Positions 53,418 to 64,000 of a stretch of DNA of 64,000 nt are shown piece after piece. Position numbers and translations under genes: made by a program. Under the pieces are notes generated by a model, which was not told the origin of the DNA, did no database searches, and saw only the letters and a program-made list of their open reading frames with translations. The stretch lies in NCBI RefSeq assembly GCF_003918875.1, contig NW_025765670.1:992001-1056000 (forward strand), given 5' to 3'. This DNA is from Haliotis rubra. Lineage: Eukaryota. Position 1 is the stretch's first letter, and every line of letters starts with the position of its first letter.

Positions 53418-54320
53418 GTCAAATGTTTTTACTGTGTTGACTGACAGATATCTTCATTAAAGAGTGAACCACAAACTCTCCACAACACTCTGACGAAACA
53501 GTGCCAAGCAGGAATATGCAAATATTGCAGGTAGCGTTCAAACAACTTTTTCTCACCTTGGATTTGGAAAAATTCCTGTTTGATTAACACTGTTATAGGG
53601 ACTCATGAATAAATAAGAGTTTCCTTTTTGAGAAAATTCTCTAAATATTTTCAATTTAACAAGCAAATAAAGGACTATATGAAAGATTAATCTTTTGAAG
53701 AGAATTATGCATTTGCCAAGTTTAAAAAGTAACTCACTAATGCACACCACTAAAACTTTAATATGAGACATACTGACTAAACAATGGTCAGACCGCCGCC
53801 ATATAGCTGGAATAATGCTGAGCGCAGAATAACACAACAACAAAAATCACCAACGGTTTAATGCCGATTCAGTTAAAGTGTGGAATTATATAAAGCTGCT
53901 ATAAGGTTATAACATATTTTTTATTAATAATGCCGTTTCTTTATAGAGTAAATATGGTTTAGTGACCTGGCTAACATCGGCTGATAAGCCGAAAATGACA
54001 ACCATGTCACTTATAGATGACAGATTGACATACAACAATGTCACGTGTACATTTAACCGATGACTCACTACATGGAAATAATTCAAAATGTTTCGTCCAT
54101 ATATAGACATTTTAAAACTTCCAAACAAACTTTCCAGAGGCATCTAAGTGACGATGGAAACCTAATGTGCTGCAATTTTTACATTACATGTGACATTCAG
54201 ATTCTACAAGGGATTGTAGGCCAACATGTCAATCATGATTGGGGGGTTAAACAAGCTCATGAATGTCTGACTGTGTGGTGGACCAACAACAAAACAGCTG
54301 CTACTTGTCTACTTGGCCTG

Positions 54321-54488
54321 GGGGGGCGGTGGGGTAGCCTAGTGGTTAAAGCGTTCGCTTGTCTCTTGGAAGACTCGGGTTCGATTCCCCACATGGGTAC
54401 AATATGTGAAGCCCATTTCTGGTGTAACCCGCTGTGATATTGCTGGAATATTGCTAGAAGCTGTGTAAAACTGAACTCACTCACTCAC
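54321..54488 (+). mobile_element. SINE family A, full length
   Basis: GGGGCGGTGGGGTAGCCTAGTGGTTAAAGCG...GGTTCGATTCCCC...(ACTC)n. Confidence 0.9.
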
Positions 54489-56251
54489 TACTTGACCACT
54501 GTATTATACGAAAAAACATTAAAAAAATACCCAAGGTATTTGTCGAAGACCTCAAAAAGAATATGATACTATCTGACAGTATTTCATCTCTCTTAATCAT
54601 CTCTAGAAAACACTGAGAGTAGAGTAACATCATGCTCAACAAAATGGGATGCTGCAAGTAAAATCAATCACTGGTTTGTCTGGTCCGGTCTGTGATATTT
54701 GCAGGATGACAGTTTAGCTCAAATACTGCCGATGTGATGTTAAACATCACACAGTCAAAGTCCCTGATTCATTTTGAACTTGTGGTATAAGTGGATTATA
54801 CTTCTGTGGTATATACTTTTCACTAGTCTTGGATGGGCAGGCTTGTGTATTTACTGCACCAAACAGGAGACATTGATGCTATTGGGTGGTCAACTGATTG
54901 ACAGATTGACTGGGATCTACAGACTGCCATCAGATAGCTGACTGTGGTGTTAAACAACAAACAAACACAAGTGTGCACAGAGAACAAAAAAACATTGATG
55001 GGATCTGATCAACGTTTAGTCAAAAACAACAAAAAAACAAAACCATCCCCGTTATCTTAAAACGATATCATATAAAAAAATATCTTAAAAGGATATAATA
55101 AACAAAATTTAAGTTTGAAGTGTTCAAAATTAAGTGTAGGTCAAAGTACTGAGATTTACATCTACACTATTTGAACCTAGGGACCACCTAAATCTTTAAC
55201 TCTCAAGATAAGGATTTTGACGAGAACAGTATGATTTTCATGCTTAATATTAAACCCTGTGTAATCTCAAAAGCCCTAGCTCAGAACTAAAACATCATCT
55301 AAGTTTCATAACCTTATCTAAGTTCTGGACAAAAGACTCAGCAAACACTTCTGTCACTGAACTTCTCAGGATGTGTCAAAAAGGTCTCAGCTACTCTACT
55401 GGCCACAAGCTCTTGACCACACTTCAAAGGAAAGAACTGACCAGCAACTTACATTCTCATGTAAACAGGTGAGATCAAAGGGTGCAGGGGTCGTCAGTAT
55501 TCCCCTCAGACAGGTACAACGCTCCGCACCTGAGGCCGCTACCCTCACAACGTGCCACGCAACAACAGTGCCTCTCCTCTCCTGTTGATTTCTTACTTGG
55601 GATTAATCTATTGTCAAATCTGAGTTTCTCGTCTCAAAACAATCCGACCCATTGTAATGACACATCAATGGAATTACTGCCGAAACATCAGACAAATCTC
55701 AAGCATCTTCGTATTTCTGCAGTCTCAACAACACAGGAAAATGAAAATGTTTCTTCCAAACTGACATATATAACTCATAAGAGAAAACTGAAACCTAAGA
55801 GAAATCAAAACCACATGAATGTTATGGTGCATATCACATGTTCGCTTGTAATTACCACAATGAAAAGAAGCATTGACGTCTGCTCTGTGGAAACAGCTGA
55901 CTGGATGCAGACGGACATATTGACGTACCATCCCACCCAGCTGACGTGCATCACAAACAACAAGCTGTAAAACTACGACAAACATTTTATGTATATACTG
56001 TGTCACAAACAAAGACTTCAAAGCTTCTGTAGACATTTCCTGGAGTCTTTCAGACTACCCCAGTTAACAGTGGATCACAGAGGACAGACAGGCTTTGTCT
56101 TTTTGTTTTTAACAACAGGACCATGTAATGGATTGTTATTGGCAAAGTCTTGACAGAACTTATGTAAGTCTTGAAATATGCCTGTTACGACAGGATCATT
56201 GCTTGAAGTGAATGAAATCAGACGATGTCATGCTAGTGTTTCTTCTGTATA

Positions 56252-56384
56252 AGTGAGTATGGTTTTAAACCGCTTTAGCAATATTCCAGAAATATGACAG
56301 GGACACCAGAAGTAGGCTTCACACATTGTACCATATGGGGAATCGAACCCGGATTTTCGGTGTGACGAGCAAACGCTTGAACCG
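56252..56384 (-). mobile_element. SINE family A
   Basis: Tail, body and partial head. Confidence 0.8.
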
Positions 56385-57244
56385 CATAATCAATACATTT
56401 CATCAATTTGAAAACATCTGAGACCTGGATACTTTGGGCTTTCCTCCCACATTAAGCAGACGGCGCTGAGTTGTAACTGGAATACAAAGCAGACGTAACT
56501 CTCTCTCCCGCTCATCAAGCACATCATCAAACTATCACGTTTCTGGAACCATATTGAACTTAATCCCAATTCTTATTCACACAGTAACAATACCAATATT
56601 GAAAATCAATGCACATATGTTGAAAGCGAAAGTCTACTCAAGGGAAATGCACTCAATGACCGGCAAACAAACCGAGTGGCTCACTTCAATCCCATAATAT
56701 ATTCCACTCTATTACAAAGTTAAAGATTTATCCTCAAGTAACAAGCTGTTTGTTTGAACATGTGGCTGCGATGAGAGACACCGGAATACAATAGGTATGC
56801 ACTCGTTCACTGCACCCTGCTCCCCCTACCCATGCCCTCAAACCCTCCTTCCCATCCCTTCAAACCCTCCCATCACACCTACCTGATAAGCCTGAACACT
56901 TCAACACCAGCCCTCCACAAGGAAGAGCCTCAAAAGCAACATCCACTATTCAGGGCAAGTACATTAAAATGTCACCTGGCTGTCCTGAGATGACCAATGG
57001 TGTTGACCCTCGGACACTCCTGCCTTTTGTCTTTACCTTCTACCTGTGTTATATGGTGTCGGATACGATCTGGTTTATCGTATTACGTTGGATTGCAGGT
57101 AAACAATGGCCGGTAATTCCAGGTCAGATCAACATCAACAGATACCTTCATGATTCACATTTCTGTACAGTGACCATCAGTGACCTCATCTTATTACCCT
57201 CATCAATGGAAAATTACACTGTCCCAATTTCTGTTTTCATGAGG

Positions 57245-57392
57245 GAGTGAGTTTGGTTTTACACTGCTTTTAGCAATATTATAGCATTATCACAGAGGGA
57301 ACACCAGAAGTGGGCTTCATTGTACCCATGTGGGGAATCAAACCCTGGCCTTCGGTGTGACAAGCAAACACTTTATCCACTGGGCTACCCCA
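57245..57392 (-). mobile_element. SINE family A
   Basis: Tail, body and head. Confidence 0.85.
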
Positions 57393-58315
57393 TCTTTCAT
57401 GACATACACATGACATACAAATCTCCAATAAACACAGAAAACATTTCAAGATTTCAAAAGAATTCAATGTCATGGTTTGAACTTAAATAAATAAAGGTTT
57501 CATTAAAAGAGTAGCAATCACTGAATGATGGTTTAAATATTAAGCAATGAAAGTAAGTCCTTATGGCTGGGGACAAATGCCATAAAGATATTTTCATCAT
57601 GTTCAATGAAAATTTCGATAGGCCATTTGTTTAAGCCATCACCAAAATTTAAAAACTATCTTCAGGACATTTTGTGTGGCACTCAGTCAGCCATGATATA
57701 CCACATCTTTTGCCCGTCTGCTCAATCTATTTCTTCAAGAGCTAATGCTTTCTAATGTTGTTTTAACAACACACACGAACATACCACAATAATCCAATTT
57801 GGACCCAGAGACAGATCCACATATATAATGCCCATCAGAAAGAAGACTAAAATTCTCACCATCTATTCCATCAAGACACTGGCAGCAATAAAGCTCCTAT
57901 TGACAACCATCCAATCTAACATTGTGTTCCTCCAAGTGCTTCATAACTAGCAGCTGCTAGTTCTAGTCCTTCACTTAATGCAGCTTGTTCCAACACTAAC
58001 TTTGTCATAACTTGATTAGCGAAAGTATATGTTTTATCAATGTTTGATGGCCTGCCTACTCTGTGTAATTACTTCTCAATCTACACACTTTGCTTAATAC
58101 ACAAACATATAGCAAATGTAATTACGTTAAAACAAGTACGACGATTTATTACTGTTGTCATGAAAGAATAAAATGTTTTCAGTAAATATAGTACACAGAA
58201 TCTTATCACAGATCAGCAATTTTTCTAATTATCTCCCCATTCCACACCTTGTTTATTCATTTCATGATTATTTTGCGAAATATATTACAAAATATGATAT
58301 CCTGTTCTATCAGGA

Positions 58316-58498
58316 TACCTGTGAAGATCTGGGTTAGAATTGATATTCAGTAAGCCATGCTTGTCATAAGAGGCAACTAACAGGATCCCAATTGAGTAGA
58401 TCGATGCTCATGCTGTTGATCACTGGATTGTAAGGTCCACACTTGATTATTTACAGACAGGCACCATATAGCTGGAAAACTAAACTTGCTCACTCACT
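58316..58498 (+). mobile_element. SINE family B, internally deleted
   Basis: acctgtgaagatctgggttagaat...catgcttgtcataagaggcaactaa...ctcactcact. Confidence 0.8.
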
Positions 58499-59336
58499 GT
58501 TTCTTCAGGTCACCTGCGTGTTTCATATGTTAAAATTGTGGTTTCTATATCAGTTTAATCAGTGAGAGTAACGTGATGATGTGAAATCACAGCCTTAATG
58601 ATGTACAGGAAGGAGGACACTGAAACAAGCAGATCACCACCACTGATGCACGTGACAATGAGGAGCGCTTGAACCCTCTTAAAGGAGGGTTTATGATGCA
58701 ATGTGACGTCAGTAACAGTCTGTTTGACAAGGAAGATAGGCTCAATGTCAAGTGACTTTTTATACCCTCATTACAGATGGGCATTTCACTTGGAAGAGGC
58801 ACTAGGTCCCAAACAATGCCGCCTTAGCTGGTTTCAGTAAGGCTATTCACACATTTACCACGTTTAATAAACAGGAAGTGTTATCTTGACCAGTCTACTA
58901 ATAATGGTTTAGCGTAATTATGAAAAAACATCTCACTTTCAAGCAAGGACTAGACTATGACCGAAAAAGACACCAGCATCAGCTTAGCATTAAAGGATTC
59001 TGCTCTTACTGATTTATTATTTACCAATATTAGCATTGTTGATTTTTGCACTATACTTCTACATAATTATTTATCCTTCTTCATATATATTTTGTGTATC
59101 TAGTTTTCATATTTATCTTTACATGGAACTGAATCCACTTTGAAAAAAATAAGTCACACTTTTTAACAAACTAAGGATAAAAATCAAGATAAATCATGGA
59201 TTTGAACCCATAATCAGCTGATCACAACATTATAATGGGATAAAACAGTAAAACTTTATGAAGCATAAAACTAACAATATTTCGTCAGAAGAATACAAAC
59301 TAAAACATAGTTAACTTTAGTTGTTCTCATCACAGT

Positions 59337-59504
59337 GAGTGAGCGAGTGAGTTTGGTTTAACGCCGCTTTTAGCATTATTCCAGCAATATCACATCAGGG
59401 GACACCAGAAATGGCATCACACATTGTACTCATTTGAGGAATCGAACCCGGGTCTTTGCAGTGACAAGCAAACGCTTTACCCACTAGGCTACCCCACCGC
59501 CCCC
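59337..59504 (-). mobile_element. SINE family A, full length
   Basis: Family A sequence. TSD tgt(t/g)ctcatcacagt (59322-59336, 59505-59519). Confidence 0.9.
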
Positions 59505-60138
59505 TGTGCTCATCACAGTTTTTAACAGTATTCCAATTCTATCACAACATGCCAGCTTCATGTGGGATGAATACCCAAAATGATCCAGGTTTGAGACATT
59601 GACTGGAAATCAAGCTGAAGATGAATGCCCAGAGCCATATTTCATTCCAAATGCCATCAAGCAATTAAAAGACTTTATTGAACCCCTTTCACATATTTTT
59701 CCAAATCTAAAACATTTCATTGAAGCAAGGTTCAACCTGTACAATAAGGAGAGGCATAATCTGGCTCTCAACACACCATCATTTCATAAAACCTCCCATA
59801 TTGAGCAGTGAGTTGTGACTAACCCCTGCCCTGCAGTCTAACATCGGCAAGCAAACATGTAAGTGCCGACTTCATTTCCGTGCAGGATCAGCTGACGAGA
59901 GACATCCTCGACTCATCACTGACGATGAATATGATTAGGACCAGTTGTATTCATAATTCACAATTACCGCCAAAGATTATGACAATTATGCATCCTTGGA
60001 AATGCAAATGCAAACGTTTGGTAATTAGGAGACTCGGGTTTCATGCCATAGGTCAAATGAAGTCATAGCTCCTGTGACTCTCGGGATTTCACCTCTTTAA
60101 TCACTATGGGTATTCAAGTAGAAGACTCAGATAAATTT

Positions 60139-60352
60139 GACCGTGAAGATTCGGGTTAGAGTCGGTCTTCATGCTTGTCGTAAAAGACAACGAACAGGAT
60201 CAGATGGTCAGGCTCGCTGACTTAGTTCATCCATGTAATCATATCCCAATCCAGTATTGGATGCACATGTCAGTGGATTGTCTGGTCCAGACTCGATTAT
60301 GTACATACCAGCATCACATAGCTGGAATATTGCTAAGTACAGGGTTACACAA
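60139..60352 (+). mobile_element. SINE family B, diverged
   Basis: gaccgtgaagattcgggttagag...catgcttgtcgtaaaagac...gctggaatattgctaag. Confidence 0.8.
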
Positions 60353-60608
60353 CCATTTTCAGAGAGTCAGGACATGGTGAGTGGTTTAATTTTCTGGTTG
60401 TAACAAACCAAAAGATGTTAACACACAGATTTTCCACTGGCTCTGTATCTTCCACTGTCTTGCACTGGAGCGCCTCTTCGATTTAAGGGTAGTTGTTTGT
60501 CGCAATCAAAATTATAACTTTTCAGAAACAAAGTGTCACACATGCATGTACTTCACTATATAGGTGCAATGATCTGGAATCTTCTTACCCATCAACTGGC
60601 TTGATTGG

Positions 60609-60931
60609 GTGACGTGAGGTGAAATGGGGTTTAACGTCGTACTTGAGAATATTTCGCTCATATGACGACGTGCATGTGTGTGTATGCGTTTGTGTGGCTG
60701 CTTGTACTAGCCCAGACTTAAGCTGGTTTTATAGTGCTAGCCCACTGAGATACCATGCCGCAGTTAAGCATGAATACCCCACTCAGACACATTATACTGA
60801 CTCCGAGCCGACCAGTCCTTATTGTACCCATTAATGCCGAGCACCAGGCAGGGACCAACAAGTACCATATTTTAAAGTCTATTGGTATGACGCAGCTGGG
60901 GATCGAACCCGCGACCTTCTGTTCTCCGGGA
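60609..60931 (-). mobile_element. SINE family C, 5'-truncated in the tRNA head
   Basis: Aligns with 47437-47740. TSD cttgattgg (60600-60608, 60932-60940). Confidence 0.82.
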
Positions 60932-60992
60932 CTTGATTGGAACCTTCACTGACATAGAATCTAGATCTTGAATAATCTCCTAAGATAATGCT

Positions 60993-61031
<39 letters not shown>
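60993..61031. repeat. (ATCA)n microsatellite
   Basis: Seen directly. Confidence 0.95.
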
Positions 61032-61639
61032 TTCTCACAGACTTCTACCCATAATACCAACAAAACATGAGAAATTGCCAATCTAAATTATTAAAGAAAT
61101 TATTAATACATATTTGTATGTAGTAAATAAATATTTTTGTCATATATTAATACAGGAAACTTACATCCTATTTCACCTGATTTCTCAGCAGGTCAGTGAG
61201 GTCACCCACATGTTGTAATAGAGAGATAACCGTCCACCATCGCCTGTGACTTTTGATCTGAGGTGACCACTGGTCTCATGTCGCGTTCAAGATAATTTAC
61301 TCATAGAGCAATGTGCCAGAACCTTTGTTCATACAATACTGACAGCAGCACTTTTTGATCAGTGGTTTATGTAAAAAAAAGTACATTTGGGGATAAAACA
61401 AACAGAAAGGTTTAAACTAGTCAGTCATGCAGACCCTGAAACAAATATACTCAATTCAGCCCATGCAAGTCTATAGTTTGTGGCAAGTCTAGATTACAGT
61501 TAGTTTAGATTTTCATCAGTTTCAGACTAAAGGGTTGGTAGCCATGTCTAACCATGGTGTGTGTGTGGTTGTTTGTACCCTTCTGGTACATGGATACCCC
61601 TGGCAGACACAGCTAACCCACTCACAGACAACAACCACT

Positions 61640-61797
61640 ATCATCATCATTTAACCCCTTTAATGCTGAGCATCAGGCAGGCAGGTAAACAATAAGTACC
61701 ATCTCTTAACCTCTTTTGGTATGACCCAGCTAGGGAATTGAACCGATGACTCTATTCTCCTGGCAGCCGATTTATCTACTACACCACAGTAACGGTC
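61640..61797 (-). mobile_element. SINE family C-related, degenerate (head + central domain)
   Basis: taatgctgagcatcaggcaggcag...aataagtaccat...tttggtatgacccagctagggaattgaacc. Confidence 0.65.
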
Positions 61798-62757
61798 TCC
61801 TTTGACCCGATCCGACCCGACCTGACCTGACCTGACATAAGGTGACGTCTGCAGGTCACGTAGGGCGTCCATTAGGAACAGCTGGCAAGCATGAAGTAGG
61901 GACATTGGAAAAGTTTTACTACTATTGACCTGAAGATGATATCAAGGAAGCTGCTCATTCAGCTTGTCTATTTCAGGAATTATCTCTTCACTTCCAAGAT
62001 TTATCATCTGGTATCTGAACTGTCACGCTCCCTGTTTAATGGAGGTCCATGTTATTCTATCACTGTGGCTGACCACACACAACATGGCAGCTCCTTCCTA
62101 CCGGCCATCACGAAAATCAAACTGAATTATGCCCGCCATTATTCTTCAGCAAGAAGTAATCTTTTACAAATTCTTTATAAAAACCTCAGTAAGCCTCAAA
62201 CATCCTGATTTCAATATAAGACTATACATTTCATGTGTCGTCACTTTGAAGTTGACAAGCCCACTCAGCATTACCATACATGTGTTGGGTATATAATTAT
62301 TAAGGATAGGCAGTTAAAATGATTTTTAAAAATCTTTATGTAATAAACTTGTCCATGAAAAGCTAAAGAAGGTAATTTGTCATTTAAATCCAACCAAGCT
62401 GTAGAGCCTTTTGTTCAAAATCCTTTCCTAAGAAAACAAAATTTAGTTTCCTATCTGAATGGCACAGAAGATGTTTTTCATGTTGAATACCGTTGAAATC
62501 ACCAGCCCATTCATTCTTATAAGAGTTGACACATGTAATTTATGGCCCTGATATGTACTGTTTACCCTTGTGATGTGGCTGCCGCACCATATGTTCCACA
62601 GGCCACACTGTGATAAACTTATCAGCTGGGTTAGTAACATAGTACAGACCCAAGACACTGTACAGGCTTACTGTGTACAGATATAGAACATGGGTACTTG
62701 TAGTATATACCGTAGAGGACACCTGCATAGTGTAGTACAGATATTTGAACATCACCT

Positions 62758-62972
62758 TCTCTCTCTCTCTCTCTCTCTCGATATATATATATATGAGGCC
62801 TGCACAGCTCTCTCCTCTCTTTTTTTTTCTCTCTTTGTATATGCATGCGGACTGCACCACTTCCTCTCTCTCTTTCTCTCTCTCTGTCTATGAGTCATTC
62901 TCACAATTCGTGCATGTTTATGTTTTATGTTTGTACCCAACACTCTCTCTGTCTCTCTCTATATATATATAT
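62758..62972. repeat. (CT)n/(AT)n low-complexity region
   Basis: Seen directly. It explains the cluster of spurious ORFs. Confidence 0.9.
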
Positions 62973-63740
62973 CCCCATGTACATATAAATAAACAGACTG
63001 CACAGGACAGACTAAACACTAGTGATACACTAACACCCCAACTAGAGGAAATTTGGCAAGAGAATACAAATGAAGATATTGTCAGATTAGTTTTTTTAAT
63101 ATTTGAATACTCTCCAGTTGATTTTGATAGGTGGCAACTCGTATGACCATTAAACCCATCCACTACCCGACCCCTAAAATCGCCCCAGTATCCAACGACA
63201 AACTTCTGAGATGGTCCTATAAATCTTTCAGCTAAACCTTCAGGTTATCATGACCCTGTTCTCTCTGACTTTGCCACTTAATTCTGACTCCGTATAAATG
63301 TGTTGTGATTAGCAATCAGAATGTATAAAGACTTGTAAAACTCCGACAAGCAAACACATGTATGAAGCATTAAAATTAATCATTCATATTTCATCCAGTT
63401 ATATATGTTTACATTATAAATATTAGATGTTTTGGAAAAATAAAACAAAACTAGGCTCCAGGTTTCACACACAAAGAATATTGCTGTGTCATTTCTTTTC
63501 AAGTCTGACAGAACATAACATTAATGAAATTATGAGTCATCCTTTCCATTTTGTATGAATGTGATATTTCAGCCATTTCCAATCTGTAGAACATGAAACA
63601 TATTTAAAACAATATTTACAGACCCTGTTCACTACCATTAACAGTTACGTTTTAACTGATCTCAAAATTAGACAAGGACGAAATTACCAATCAATTAATC
63701 TCTTCAATCTTATACCTTGACAGGCTTTTATTGAAGGCAG

Positions 63741-63754
63741 GTAACCATGGCAAC
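63741..63754. promoter_or_regulatory. RFX X-box-like motif
   Basis: GTAACCATGGCAAC. Confidence 0.35.
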
Positions 63755-64000
63755 ACATCAATCTTGCCACCCAAACCACTAATTATGTGATCATTCCTTT
63801 TCCAACTTTGATATTTCCGTCCTACCTTTTTCCCAGCAGTCCGGGACTCCAGAATAAATCTGCCATAGTTGTAACTCAACCAGTATCCTTTCTTGTCTAT
63901 GATAAGGGTCCAAGTCCACTGAGACAAAGACGTAATAGGACGGAGTGGACCCCACCCTGGCAGTAGGCTTTGTCTAGGTTTCCACAACAAGCTGCTGGAC

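Noticed and set aside
55482-55970. 162-aa plus-strand ORF
   Set aside because: Non-ATG start, no recognisable domain, and length within chance expectation.
62443-63163. Cluster of overlapping ORFs
   Set aside because: Caused by (CT)n/(AT)n low-complexity sequence.

Overview
Eukaryotic, AT-rich animal genomic DNA. The SINE content (tRNA-Asp/Glu-headed SINE with (ACTC)n tail, V-domain-like SINE, Meta-domain-like SINE) suggests a mollusc, probably an abalone-like gastropod; this is inference. The only confident protein-coding sequence is one large internal exon on the minus strand (4152..2626, 1527 nt, phase 2/2) of an IQSEC/BRAG Arf-GEF gene. It encodes the [12 protein letters not shown] block, the IQ motif and the start of the Sec7 domain. 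The remaining ~60 kb looks like the 5' intronic/alternative-promoter region of that gene. It holds about 20 copies of SINE family A, several copies of families B and C, at least five kinds of MITE, mini- and microsatellites and one 173-nt assembly gap. Best leads: (1) a dispersed array of short ATG-initiated, phase-2 candidate alternative first exons that could each splice onto the big exon; (2) a SINE family with no visible tRNA head whose conserved 5' end can fold into an H-type pseudoknot with a compensatory base change; (3) an orientation bias of SINEs whose tail reads as tandem GTGAGT splice donors when antisense to the host gene. No prokaryotic operon, CRISPR array, rRNA or true tRNA gene was seen. 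Nearly all other ORFs in the track are chance or repeat-derived.
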